This document shows, piece by piece, positions 14,001 through 29,000 of a DNA stretch of 64,000 nucleotides. Where the stretch lies: positions 22,407 to 86,406 of the forward strand of contig NMRA01000717.1 in the NCBI GenBank assembly GCA_002633005.1. The letters are read 5' to 3'. Made by a program: the position numbers and the translations under genes. The notes under the pieces were generated by a model that saw only the letters and a program-made list of their open reading frames with translations, did not search any database and was not told where the DNA came from. The stretch's first letter is position 1. Each line of letters opens with the position of its first letter. This DNA is from Phoronis australis. Lineage: Eukaryota > Animalia > Phoronida.

Positions 14001-17000
14001 GATACTTGATTCAAGGGTCTAGCAGTTTGCCCCAGTGGGACTCAAACCCAAGACCTCCGGTAAACGAAGCGAACACTTATCACACTTAGCCACACTGCCA
14101 TTTTAAGCATTCAGCACTTTGGAACTACAAGTGTATAAAAAACCAGGACTGAAATGCCTAAGTTGGTTCTATTTTCAAAATATGAAGATGTGTCAAACTA
14201 TTTTTCCTGAACTGTAGAGAAACATTACAGGAAAAAGTCATTAAGGATTTGATAATAAATGTCAGAGTTGTATTTCAGAAGCAGTTTGTGAGATCCCCAG
14301 GCCAAAGTGCACGTTAGGAGAATTTCAAACAACATGGATCATACCTCAACCAGCACTATACATTTGGCCCTAGAGGTTGTAGGAAGGAACTCTGCATACA
14401 GGGTTATTCTGAAAAAAAATAGATTAGTACAGTAACATTACCATACTGCGCCATGCATTAAGTGTCACAGACAGTGCCAAAGACAGTGCCAAAGACAGTG
14501 CGACAGAGAGTGTCACAGAAAGTGTCAGACATTGTCACAGACATTGTCACAGCCAGTGTCACAGACACTGTCACACAGAGTCACAGAGAGTGTAACAAGA
14601 GTGTCACAGACAGAGTGGACACAGAGAGTGTCACAGAGTGTCACAGACAGTACATGGGTGGTGCAACAACGAAAAAAGTGGGGGGCTAAAGCCTCCTCAG
14701 CCCCCCCCCCCTATGGTGCGCCGCCCATGCAGTGTCACAGACAGTGTCACAGACAGTTTAACAGACAGTTTTACAGACAGTTTAACACTCATTTTGTTAA
14801 GTAAGGACAAAATGAAACAAGCTTTATTGTTAGGCAATGATAGATTATTTGCTGAACAACATTCAGCGCTACAAACATGTCACTTAGATGTGTAGTTAAA
14901 GGAGTGTTAGTGCAATGTTTTTTTATAAACTTTTTGTGATCACCACTTCATCAGATTACAACTGCTGTACGGTAGAATGATATTTAAATGATTCGAACAA
15001 TGGATGACCAACGTCACAACATGTAAGTGAACGCAAGATACTGCATTTGGTCTTTGTGAGCTTGCCATGCAGTGCATCATAAGTATTGTTTTTTGTACCT
15101 ATTTTCCTATGGTCAATTAGTTTAATGAAATCAGTTTGCAAGCTGGCGTCAATGACACCTCTGCCTTGTCAGTTACAACCTGGTGGTCATCATTTACTTG
15201 TTTCCGCCGCTCATGGAATAAAGACAAGTCAGTTATCGACTCCAAAACTGTACGCTCCTGACACACTACTCGCTTCGGTTTCATTGGTGAAGTGACATCT
15301 TTACTGTTATGGCGAAAACTTCACTAAAGCAGGATTTGCTCAGAATTTCAGTTTGCTGCTAACAAAATACTCAACACAACTAATAAAGTGTCTGGTCATA
15401 TGTTGAAAAAAAAAAAAATAATTGCAGGCGGTCTGATACACGTTGTACCAGACGTGCGCAGGCCTCGCATGTGGGCCAATTGCACTGATCACCTGGAAAA
15501 ATTTTTATGCTTTATTAATATATGGTTAAAACCGAGCTGAGGAGCTAGAAACCTGGCTCAAGGGTTTAGCAGTGTGACCTGGTGGGACTTGAACCCACGA
15601 CCTCATATGTTGAAAACTGTGTAATTGTAAAAAAAACAACAGTCGGCTGAAGAATCAGCAAACACAAATGGTGCTCTGTTTCATGACGCTCAAAGTTGAT
15701 GTCACATGATCATTTCACAAATTTAAGTGTTGAATAACGGACAAACCGTTTTTGCACCAGTAACGAGATTAGCTTACTCAAGGAATAAAGTTTTTATTGA
15801 CATTAATTTTGAGTCAGATTTCATTTTGCCATTTCTACTCACATTATTCCCAAGCTGTATACTCGTATTTTTTAAGTTTTGTACCAAGGCCAAATTGAAT
15901 ACAGCTGCTTTGTCCAAAAAAACGAATACGCAGTCAGTGGAAAACACTGACCCTGCAATGCACTGTTCCAGTTGAAGCTTTCACTTTCAATCAACAAAAT
16001 AGTAAAAAATGTACATTTTTCAAATGGATTTATCTCTAGAGTCACAGTAGCAGTAACTACCAACTTCCAACTAGATGCTTTCGGAGCAACAGTGAAAATA
16101 ATAAACGTGATACTAGAACACTGTGGATACTTACGACTGAGGTGCTCCACCAATACCGAAGCCTGTCAGACCTCTCAATACAAACATCCAAATGAGTGAT
16201 GGTGAAAATGCACTGAGCAGACCAAAGTAGAAAGTAACAAATGAACAAGCGATGAGTTCCTGTAACATCAAGGACAGATTTTAGCAAAAAATAGTTATTC
16301 AGGTACCGGTAAGCTATACTCTGGATAGCAGCAATGACTGTATTATCATGCACCACGTTGTCATTGTTGAACAATGCATTTGACGTTAAGCGACAATCAA
16401 ACTTGTCCAGTGGACAACATTCAAAGTTTTATGCAACCTAACCCAGAAGTGTATTTGTGCTACAGAACTACTATAACTAAACCAAACACTACAGCAGTGT
16501 TGTGATGCTTATAAAATTATTTTGAAAAAAATAAACTTCATGGATCATGAACGTAATCATAGTGTCAAAGGTTTGTTTCACACAGGGCTCTAAGTCAATT
16601 TCCTTGTTTTTACTTTTGAGCCCCGAACCATTCAAAGTTTATTGCATTAAAGACTAGACATTTATTAAAATCCGTGAAGTCTGCCTAAAAATTAATCCTC
16701 ACAATCAACATAATTAACATAAAAAATTACATGACCGAACTTACGAGTTTTCGTCCAAACCGATCACAGAATGTTCCCCATGCACTTGAACTAATCATCA
16801 TGCCAATGAATACAATCTGTAACAGCGAATACAATCTGTAACAGTGAATACAATCTGTAACAGTGAATACAATCTGTAACAGTGAATACAATCTGTAACA
16901 GTGAATACAATCTGGAAAAGTGAATACAATCTGTAACAAACAATGTTGAACAAACTATGACAACCTAGTCAACTGAACCACTTTGCAACACACCAACATG

Positions 17001-20000
17001 ACTGATAAAGGTACCAAAAAGCCCCAATCCACTCATTTTTGCAATCTGCAATCATGTCAAAAGCATTCAAATGTATTAGAAAACTTTTTTTCTATATCAC
17101 TTTCAACAAAGTTGTACCTTCCCCAAACTGGAAATGATTCCTAAGCTTGGGAAGTAACCATGCAGTGACTTCAGTTGACTGCCTTCAAAAGCAACATGTC
17201 CATCAGCAAATGGTGAACTGACTGCTTCCATACCTACCATACACTAGATGGAGTTTGTGTAGTACCAGGAGGCACATTGCAGACTTCATAAATTCTGCCA
17301 ATCATAGCTCACTCAGTCTCAATACGCTGATATCCCACATGTTGATGACAAAGTAGAAAACAAAATTCTGGGGCAAAATGCTGTTTCGAAATTGTAGATT
17401 TCTGAGACATTAAAAATACCATTATAATGACTGCCACATAGTCGTAGACCTGATGGACAACTACTGCTCCTTCTACAGAATCATCTATGGGACATCATAG
17501 TTGCCAACATTTTAAAAGGAAAAACTAAGATATTAGGATCTAGGCTATATTGCAAGGGACAAACGTCTGCAGCAACACCTACAAACACCCGTCACATTTT
17601 TAATTTTTTTTTGAAATAGGGGTGAGTCGTGTGGAAAAGCAAAAAATATGATACTAGGTCAATTGCACCACACATGTCAAAGATTGGGACATCCTAATGC
17701 AAGACACCGGACAAAACTCCAAAAAGCAGGAATATCCCACCAAAAGTTGGACAATTAACAAGTATGGGTATACTCATGAGACTGGGCCCTACAGCACGAT
17801 GTATACTCATGAGACTGGGCCCTACAGCATGATGTATACCCATGAGACTGGGACCTACAGCACGATGTATACTCATGAGACTGGCCCCTACAGCACGATG
17901 TATACTCACGAGACTGGGCCCTACAGCACCATGTACTCATGACACTGGGCCCTACAGCACGATGTATACTCATGACAGTGGGCCTTACAGCACGATGTAT
18001 ACCCATGATACTGCGCCCTACAGCACGATGTATACCCATGACAGTGGGCCCTACAGCACGACTACCACGTGTTGACTTATGGGATAGAATTCTCCGTTCT
18101 CATTCCAAAACCGAAGATATCTTGCTGCGAGTATCTTGCATTTACCGGCGCGCATTTGGTGACTTTCAGAGATGTTGGTTCAAGTCTTGGTAGTCTACTG
18201 ACAGACATTAGCCGTAACAAACCACTATACGTAAATGTCTGCTTCAAGAACTGGATTCACAGAAGGGAGTGTGGGGAAACCCAGACATAATGTGTTGCTA
18301 CTTTTCTGAGGGTAAGCCATAATTTAATTATCAAAAGTAGTAAGCATAACTGCCGTTGCTGAAAGTCCAACAGCATGGCTAAAGGAGCATTTCGTTTCTG
18401 TTTAGTTGTCAATATTGAAATCAAATTAAATCAAATCCCTTTGGTATTTAAAAACCAAACCATGCTCATTCACTCCAGAACTGCTGCTGAATGAGCTGTC
18501 AACTCCCATCACAATCAGTGAGTACATGCGCTATTTTCGAATTCAGATTTTTAGGAAAGTCAACTGGTTTTCTTGGATTACTGACATGGTTTTAATGTTT
18601 TTGATGGTGAGAGAAATCAAGTCCTATCATGGCAAGAAATATTATGTGATTAATTTTATGAGTTAAGTCATAAGGAAATAAGTGGAGTCTTTATATTCAT
18701 TATTACATCTACTTAGGATACAAGTAAAATTTATTTTATTTTTTATTTTTTCATGAAAGATATGTAGCTTCAAATAAATGCTTTACCAAGTTCAAGTTCT
18801 GTAACCATAGCTACCATCAATAAATAGTTTAAAAACTGGACATTCACAACCATATATGAAGCCCTTGAAAACGGAAAAAATTGTTAACTTAGGCAACTAT
18901 TTTTGTGAGAAATGCATGAGATTTTACGGTAACGCACACCAGATGATTTTAAAAAATGAGTGTACAAATCCTTACCGTTGTTATCAGGGCCTGAGAGAAA
19001 CTTGATATCCCCCAAGCACAGTGAAGAGCAGGTGAGAGGATACTCAATATCATCATCTCCATAGCATCGGCCATCTTGAAAACAGAATTACAAAACTTAG
19101 TAATGCTGAATAGCTGTCTTCAAAAGACACACTGCGTCATGTCTAGAAATAAATACTCTAGCAGAAACAAGTTAAGAGATCCATGAAGATAGTGAGCATT
19201 CCTAATTTTACATGATTAAGCTTTGAACTGAGCAAGTGAAGTGCTTTCAACTGAGTGAAGTGTTCTGAACTGAGTGAAGTATTTTGAACTGAGAGTAATG
19301 CTCTGAACTGAGTGAAGTACTTTGAACTTAGTGAAGTATTTTGAACCGAATGAAGTGTTCTGAACTGATTAAAGTGCTCTGAACTGAGTGAAGTACTTTG
19401 AACTTACTGAAGTATTTCGAACAGAATGAAGTGTTCTGAACTGAGTGGAGTGCTCTGAACTGAGTGGAGTGCTCTGAACTGAGTGGAGTGCTTTGAACTG
19501 AGTGAAGTGCTTTGAACTTAGAGAGCCCATTAACTACTTACTTCACTGCAAATTTGGTGATAAATGACCTTGACATTGTCACTTGCCAATGCGTTACAAA
19601 ATAATTTTGTAAACACTATTTCTTTAGTCACAATTCTAAACATGCAGCCACAATTCAAATCACACTGTAAGAAACAATTGAATACCCCAATGCATACTAT
19701 ACCTAACTTAAATTTCTCCATTGAGCAGGGCTTAATTGCATAAATTTACTTGCTGCCAGGTTTAGAAAACATAAACATAATGTCCAACTGTAGTGATTAA
19801 ACACATTTAAAGTTATTTCAAAACTTTTTTTACTTGAATCACATTATTGAAGCGAGAAATATCCTCAAGAGAAGCACAGACCTTTAACAAGAGCAACGTG
19901 TAGCGTTGAAATGTGCCCACGAATGCAATGCAAATGGTGTGCTTTTAGGGTTACTCATTTGTATCATAAAAATGGCCACTAGATGGCGCAAATTTTAAGA

Positions 20001-23000
20001 TGGCGCAAAAACATACAATCCATCCAAAAACAGGAACACGCCATGTTTCATAAAAATCTGTCAAGGTACTTCAGAGAAACAAAGGAAAACAGAATAAAAT
20101 GAAATTGTCACTTGTGGGCACAGCATCCGTTGGATCCACATGAAAGTCGTCATCGTCTGTTGTTATCTTCATATAAATACATTTACTAAATTTAATAAAG
20201 ATCGTGCAGTGGGTTTAGGAGATACAGCTATGAGCGCAAAACAAAACAAAACTACCACTAGTAGGCGCCACAGTAATTAGTCGCCATCATCAAAAGTCCT
20301 CTACACACTGAGAACATGCATGCCAATTTTCACAACTATCCCTAGAATGATTTGGTTGATACATGGGTGGACGCCAATAACAAGACTTGAAAACAGCAAA
20401 AATGGCCAATAGGTGGCGCAAAATACCTTGATTCCATCCAAAAGCAGGAAAATAGGGCCATCTCACCAATAGATGCCTATATTTAAAATTTTATGAAAAT
20501 CTGTTGAGGACCTTTGCAGATACAGAGTTAAATGTTAAAACTAAAATTGCCACTAGGAGGCATAACAGTAGTCAGATCCGTCCGAAAGTCGTCATCATCT
20601 GTAGTCATCATCTTATGAATACACTTGCTAAATTAAGTAAAGATCCTGCAAACAATTTAGGAGATACAGCCATGAGCACAAACAAAATGCCACTAGGAGA
20701 CGCCCCAATACCCAATATTCGAAGTCATCAGAAAATCATCGCCAGCCGTCCACTTCACAGTAAAATCATACATGCCAATTTTCAGCTATCCTGAAAACGG
20801 TTTGGTTGATAGACGAGTAGACACCAAAAAACAGACTCGAAAACAGTAAAAATGGCCACTAGGTGGTGCAAACTAGGTCAAATCCATCCGCAAACGGACG
20901 GATAATATCACCTCATACCTTGAGGACCATTGAAGGTACAGAGGTAAACGTAAAAATAAAATTGCCACTAGGTAGCATACCAGTAGTCAGAACTGTCTGA
21001 AAGTCGTCATAGTCCGTAGTCAACATCATACGAATACACTTGCTAAATTAAGTAAAGACTCCTGCGAACAGTTTAGGAGGCACAGCCATAGGCGCAAAAA
21101 AACAAAACTGCCACTAGGAGGCGCCACAGCAGTCAAAGTCGTCGGAGAATCATCGTCATCCGTCCACTTCATAGTAAGAACATACATGCCAATTTTCACA
21201 ATCATCCTTTGAGCAGTTTGGCTAATAGAGGGGTGGACGCAAAAAACACTCGAAGGCAGTAACAACGGTCACTAGGAGGCGCAAACTACATCAAATTCCA
21301 TCCAAAAATGGGAGGATCGCATCATCTCACAAATAGGTGCTTACATACCAAATTTCATTAAAATCCGTTTAGGACTTTTGAAGATACAGAAGTAAGCATA
21401 AAAAACTAAAATTGCCACTAGGGGGCACACCGGTCGTCGGAACTGTCCGAAAGATCGCTCATGTCGTCCCATCCATGGAATGAACACATGCAAATTAAAT
21501 TTCATGAACATACGTCAAGGGGTTTTGAAGATAGAGCAGCGGACGCTGGACGGACGGACGGAGATGACGGTATAATGTGTCCACATATAAATATGTGGGC
21601 ACATAAAATGGTTTTCATTTGCTTGAGAACAAAACTTAGAACTAGAGCTGTGACAAAAGACTCATCCAAAGCACAAGTTTCAATAAAACTTTGCTGACAC
21701 AATGAATGTTATGTATGTAGGAACATATTAGGAAAATGTCAAGATTTGGCAAACTTCGGAACATCACATAACAGAAATAACTGACAGGGATTCGCATGAA
21801 AATTTCAGTAACTTTCCAAAACGCTGCTAGGAAGGAATTGTTTTTAAAATGGTCCGTTTTTGCACAAAGAACTATCAAAAAAGGAAAAAAATATGAAACC
21901 GCACGATAAAATAATAATTTCGAAATCTATAACAGGGTTTTTGAGATTTCATCAGAAACAATAATATCAAATAAAATTTGGTCATGTTCTTGACGGATGT
22001 TGTTTTGCTATCATTCTTTCTTGCTAAATTTTACAAGACATGATCACGTGACCTTATCGTAAAAAAATCAAATTCTGTTCTTACTGACCGAGTAAAAAAT
22101 GAATCACTTTGTATATATTTTGCTGAATACACAGATTTGTCAATAATGTTCTACAGAACTCTAATAATAGCTTCAACTAGGCCATGTATAATCACTCAAT
22201 TTTGTTTTACTTAGAAACGCCAAAGGAAATAGTCTGAAACCATAGTAACAGACTAAGATTAGCAGATAGAGTGTATTGATTTGTCAGAGAACAGGCTGCA
22301 AGCTGTAACGGAAGATATTAATTCAATTAACATTTGACTGGCAATAAAAATAGCTTGGTCGAAATGAATAATTCTATTTTGTTAGTTGCACCATCCAATG
22401 TGATATGAAATTCATCTAAGTGTTACATCACTAACTCAGGGAAGATTGTGGGCTTAGCACAACACTGCAGATATTGGCTGTCAGTGCAATGGACATTATT
22501 AAATAATAACTTCAAGATAATTGCTGCCTGGTGAAAATTAGAATACAAAAGTCACAAAACAGAAAGACAGATTAAATAGAAACACAATGCAGAAAAAACA
22601 TTTTCACATAATAAAACAGGTGTAAGTCTGATCCAACTGGACCGAGAGTTTTCATCCAGTTATGGCAAAATCCGACTTATTTATAGGGCCTAGCGCATGA
22701 ACATGACAAACTGTACTGCACAACTGAGTCCGAGTTTAGAGCGAAAAATCTGGCTTTTGCGAATTTCTCTGATTTCAGAAATGGCCACAACTCAAATTAA
22801 TCCAAAAAAAAGTAAAACTTGTCAACGATGAGACAACAGCTTCCTCTCTAGATCAGTAACTTACCCATGCCAGACCAGTTAACAAGGACAACTTGACCTG
22901 AAACCGACCAAATCCAATTCTGTCCATGGCTTGCTCCACTGTGAAAGTCTCTGGAAACAACAAAATTGTTATAGAAAGTTTCACGTCAAGAATTCAACTC

Positions 23001-26000
23001 TCAATTCAATTCTCCTCGCTTTTGCAGAGGTACAAATTAACACATTGTACAATTAACCTAGTTTTGAGAGAATAAGCCACTGACACACCAGTCCAAGCCA
23101 AGTCGAATAAGAAAGAATGCTATGTTGTACCCCACTCAGCTTGTCACATTTGTGGATGTCTGCCTTGCAACTCCCTGTGCCACAGTGGGACTTACACCAA
23201 AACTTTGTTGACATGAGAACAATGAGTGGTGAACCAGTTTTGATGCAGACTAGTGACCATCATGGTAGCAGAGTCCTGCATTGTGGGAAAACACCACCCA
23301 GTCAGTGGGGTTATCTCAGTGTCTTCACGAAATGGGCATGGGACAGGCAGAGATAGGCAACTTTGATTAAGAAATGCCTCGAAGATGCACAGGAGTTTAT
23401 TTGACCAATACGTAGTCGGTTCCCAATCAAATTCTTTCACATCTTTTGAGATCGACGTACTGAACCAACACGTAGTATCCAATATAGTATCCAATATAAC
23501 TTTTCCTAGCCCACTGATGTCAGATTAAGAAAATCAATTCCATGCTTGAGTAAAAACAGAAAATGAAAAACTCCCTGTATGTTGTTTCACTGTTAAATGA
23601 CAGAATCACATTGACACAGACTGGTTATCTAAAATCTAAAAACTGAATTTCCACAAATTAGAGTAAACCTTCAAATACCTGAACTTTAAACTGTTTTTCA
23701 GTGACCATTTTCACACTGAGAAATTGTTTGATACAACAAATTGTTTGATACAACAAATTGTTTGATACAACAAAATGTTTGATACAACAAATTGTTTGAT
23801 ACAACAAAATGTTTGATACAACAAATTGTTTGATACAACAAAATGCTTCCCATATTCACACTTAGATACACATATATTACATAAAAATACAATCTAATTA
23901 ATAAAATTGGAATTTCTTACAAAAACTCTATTTTCAAGAAAAAACACGATCGCCAACAGTATACAATGCCATGGGAAAATTCAGTGTGGATATGTGGAAA
24001 TCTAGAAAAGATTAGTTTTTAAGACTCGCAAGGTATTTGTTGGGGTTCGCCAACCTTAAAATTTTAAATTTGCCAGACTTGAGTTAGGAAACAAAAATAG
24101 CATCACAATGAGGAACATTACAAGACTAACTGATGAGAGTAGAAGACCTAATTTGATTTTCGTAATTTAGCCAGCTAAACAGAGAAATTACAGCTTTATG
24201 TTGCACTGCATGTCATGACTATAATCCAGATGGTCTTTGTGAAATGTCAAATATTGATCACAAATGCACCTCACTTGAACATTCAATGTCATGTCAAATG
24301 ACCTGAATTGATAATGACCACAATCGTGCACTATTCATCAGAAATAAGACAGCTGTTTCGAATACCATTAGCAAATTCTAAAGAATAAACCACCTACCAA
24401 ACCACTTGTTAATTATTTGTTAATTACTTGTTAATTACTTGTTAATTAATCTATTTAGCTAACAGGTGGCGATCTAGTCTTAAAATGTTATTAAAGTCAC
24501 CGATGATGATAATGATCTGAAGCTTGCATAAAGTCGCTTTGCCATTAGAGGCAAAACTTCACTTTTACAGAAGTTTCGGTAAGTGGGAAGGTTAAATCTG
24601 GTAGTTAAACTGCAAGCGAAACTTCGCTGAAAATAGTAGAATTCAAAAACCAAGCTTTGGTGTAGCGGGAAAGGTCAGAGCGAAACTTCACCAAAGTAGA
24701 GGTCACGGCAACGATATACGATCACGCGGCAAAACGTGTTCTTTGTAAATGTAGTGTAGCTAGCCGACATGCTCTCAATAGACGCAGATAAATAAACAAA
24801 AGAAGGCATATCTGATGAATGACACTGATCATTTTCATAAACACTTGTAAATGGCATGAGAACAATTTTCAATTAGCCTCGAACCCAATCCTCAATATTC
24901 ATTTAAGAGTACGAATGAATTGTGTCGGCTGGTATCTTAGCAATAACTTCGGTATCACTGTCTAGTCAAAAAGGTAAATGAAGTTTCGGCAAAGCACTGG
25001 ATCTCGATATTATTACATTATTGCCGCTGAAGACTTTAAAGTGATTGATTTAAAATTGATTTACCTTTAAATCGATTTAGGAACCATGTGTAAATGCCAG
25101 TGGTTTACAGCTTAACAGTGATTCAAACTGAACCCACTCGTTGAAGTGGTTCAACATAGACTTAACCCAAACCAATTTCTACCTTGCGATGTGTGAATTC
25201 ATCAAAGCTATTCGACTCAGATTAGGCTGAGCATGTGCAGACCTAGGTTTGTGTATCTACCTTTGTCCTAGATTACCTGCTTTACTCAAATTAAATATTC
25301 TCAGATTTTACATTCTTACCCACTAGTAAAATACAAACAGGAATTGGAAGGAGTGTGGGAAATAACGAACAATGAAATGTTGTGAAAACAATCAAATAAC
25401 ACGCCATTTATAAAAGGTTGCTCTTAACAGAAAGAAGAGAAGTGCGCAGATTCTTCCAGTAGATGGCACTGCATCTAAAGCAAGTTGGTCTTAATAGCGT
25501 ACTAGTAGACAGGGAGACCTAATAAGCCCATCGAACAGGATATATCGACTATCGATTCCAAACTTTAGTGTAAACGGGGTATAAGATAGCTGAGCACTCA
25601 GGCAAGAACAATCTAATACCATCAAGTGTACTGTTTACTCTAGACAATGAGAGATTGGGCTGGTATTTATACAGCTGATATTAACTACACTTGATTCAGA
25701 AGCTGAACTTTACTTAACACAGGCAAATCACCAAACTTGGGAGAAACATTAAATTTTTACAAGCAACATTTATTGAATCTTACATGCAGATAGGACACAA
25801 TATGGCAGACAGGTGGAATTTAATTTGTTAAATTTTACAACAAAAAATAACTTCATAGCATATGTCGTGTGTATCCATCGAGCCGTCACCAAACAATGTT
25901 TGGAAAATTTTGTGCATTTGTAACTGTTTAGCTGTCTAAAAATAAAAATTTGGCTTTTAACTTTCGTAAAACAGGTCTCATGATGTTCCTTCCAATGATA

Positions 26001-29000
26001 GGATCATATTTTAATTGACTTAAGCTTATTAAAATAACATGGGCAAGAAATTCAATTTTGAGCTTCAAAGGTAGGGACACATACATAATAAAGGCCCCCT
26101 GAAGGAACTCCCAACACTAATATGTGCTCATATTGCTGGGATGAAATGGTGATATGGTGGAGGTATGACCCACATGTCTCTTGTGCAGTCAGGCCTTCCA
26201 GATAAGAGAAGGGAGCTGAGAAGGGGATAAGATCTATTCCATTGTTATAAGTGGGTTACCTTAAAAACCATCCAAATTCAATGAATTGCACCTACAGTGG
26301 TAAGAACTTTCCCCATGTTAGCACAAAGGAAAGGCCTGGTGGTTTGTACTTCATAAAGGATACAGTGGGGAGAACAGATGTGTCAGTTTCAGGTTGCAGA
26401 ATTTAACTGGAATTAAATATGAACTTGAGATAATGGTCAATATTTCTCAACGGTTTCTCAGTTTCAATAGGTAATGTTATTGTGAACCGAATCCCTGTTT
26501 CGATTTTAAATTTTCATTTAGATTAGAATTCTGAAACACTGAACACTCAATCCGTGTTTGATATTCCACTTTTCAACCTGAAATTGGAAAATGGAAATTT
26601 GAGCGCCCGTATTCCATGGTTCAATTTTGCAATCATGCCACTATACATCAATGTATTATACTCTGCAAAATTAGCAATGACATATGACAAAATGGTGCGT
26701 AACATGAGAATTCTGCGATAATACCCACACCACAGTAGATTAATTTTCATATGGGCTTCAAGCTCAAGACCATGGTTTATATACCAAACTACCGTATTTG
26801 TCTGGGTAAACGCCCACGGTGTTTGCATTGAGCATCTAATACCTGTTAACACTGAAAATTTAAAATCGGTTCTGGGTGCAAAACGATTTAGGAAGTTTGT
26901 GTAAACATATATCCAATTCAACCTGAACCTACTCATGGAGGTGATTTTGAACAGAATGATTTAACTTCCCTTGAAGTGTGAACACACAATCAAATTGATT
27001 AGACTGAAATGGGGAAGAGACGGATAGTTTAACATGTGCAGAACTATATAGGTTCTTATTTCTCCTTGCATGGTTGTTACAAAAGCAAATCGATTCAGAA
27101 CTTAAGTGTAAACGTCGAATTGGGCAAAAAAGATCAGGAGACGACTGTAAAACCATTTAAAACATTAAGAAAAGTTGAGGTTGCACCCAGGAGGTATTAA
27201 ACCAGTAACATGGAGAGCAGTTAGAAAATTAAGATACCTACCAATTCACAGAGTGTACTCAAAAAGGGACCCATTTGTAGGGAGCTTCCAGATTTTGTTC
27301 TGACTCAAACATCATCCTTTTGTAGGGATTAATTTCATAAACCTTGCCTAGTTTCTAGAGATTCTTTGTGGGGTTCCAACCAGAATTTCAAAAATAAGGC
27401 ATCCCAAATGGGTTTCCAAAAGTCTCAGGTAATCCATAACCAATGATACGTGTCACCATTTTTGTGACGCCCTAGACACCCTCCATATGAAGGCCTGATT
27501 GTGGGACACTTAAACTTTTGACACAATAAGCCTAGAAAAACACAAAAGATGCTGTGTTGTCAAAATGAGCATGTATCATTCACAACAAACGTGATGAAAA
27601 CTGTTATGAAGATTTACGGTAATATTGTTTAGTTGGAAAGGGACCTTTTATAGAGTTTTGAATTCCAAAAGGAATTTTGGAGGAAAAGGTACAACCCTTT
27701 CCAGAGAGCTATAAACAGGGTGACATACAGCTTCAAAAAGACAGTTTTCTTTGAAGAATTTCCAAAATAAGGATTAATGAATTAACCCTTACAAAAGGGC
27801 AGTGTTTTTGTCAGAAAAAAACACCAAAAGGAAATTTTTCATGGAAGCTCCAATGGGTCTCTTTTTTCACCAAGTCCGCCCATGAGGTATAAACTGTACA
27901 TATGTTAGTCACAGGTAAGCGAATTGCTAGCGTAAGTACATGTAACAGGCTACTTAGAAAATTGCAGGCACTTTGGGAACTGAAATTCATTCTAGTAGCG
28001 TTCACTTAAGAGCTTTTAAAAAATCTGACAGGGCATACAAAAGAGGAGGACATGAGGTGTGGACATTCAGGTAAACATGGACATTAATTGAGTGTACACT
28101 AGTCTTCAAAATGACCCCTGGTACACAGCTTTAATTTTTTTCAACATCCCTTGTTGAAAAATAGGTACCCAAGTTTTCTGGTGACTGCCCTCCAACATGG
28201 CTTGAACTATTTCATATTCAGTTATGTACTGGTAACCTGTTTGGCTTGGAACTTTTGCCTACATGAATTCATGTTAGTTTCTGTTGATTATGTAGACTGG
28301 CTTACTGATCACTTGCCAATGGTACTTGCTCTAGTTGCCGCAAAGTGTTACATGATTGCTGAAAAAATATGTAGAATCAAGAAATGACTACCCATCAGTA
28401 AGACCAAAAAGCCTACTTGGTCTGTACCTCAACTCACTTTGATAACTACAACCCCCTGCATCCACCAACATCATTCTAGCTAAGTGCTTGACGTTTTTCC
28501 AAAAGCCACACAAAGGCATGCAGATAATTTTTGAAAAGCGTGACTTGTAAAGTCAGTTAGTCACCTGTTTATCATCATTGACTCAAAATATGCTATAACC
28601 ACAGCAGCACTGCACAGCATTGTACTGTCTATTTGTTATTGTGATCATTCGATGTTAAGTTAAAGTAATCAATAATCAATCAATTAGTGCTAGCTGACAA
28701 AAGTACTGTTACACTACAAAAGTAGATACGGATCAGCTGACACGGAACGAGACGTTCCAGCGCAAGTATGTGTGTAAACAGAACAGACACGGAGCAAACT
28801 GACACAGCGGTGACAACTTTTGAGCGATTTGCGCTCGATCATCTTGCTCCATGTCAATTATATGTTTAACCGCGAAACTGGGGCAAGGTGGAAAGGATCA
28901 TCTCTACAGCGCTTGTGCAATGACCTACATACCGGTTCTCTGTCTTGGCAACTCCCTCTATTTGAAAACCTGCGCATGTGCGTTCCACACTTCAGCGTAC

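Larger units (their letters stand above)
9594..14921. repeat. Direct duplication (9594-12129 and 12131-14921) across N12130
   Basis: Both copies abut the N. The right copy has a 258-bp extra segment (12706-12963). Confidence 0.88.

Noticed and set aside
4428-14408. Duplicated exons as a Dscam-like mutually exclusive splicing system
   Set aside because: The copies are almost identical including introns and every block ends at a scaffold N, so an assembly artefact is far more likely.
17697-18075. Repetitive ORFs ([11 protein letters not shown])n
   Set aside because: They are a by-product of a 33-bp unit that is open in several frames on both strands inside an intron.
23100-23494. 100-aa minus-strand ORF or LINE 3' remnant (also 29750-30200)
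   Set aside because: Only a vague resemblance to non-LTR C-terminal motifs, with no recognisable domain. It cannot be supported without a search.
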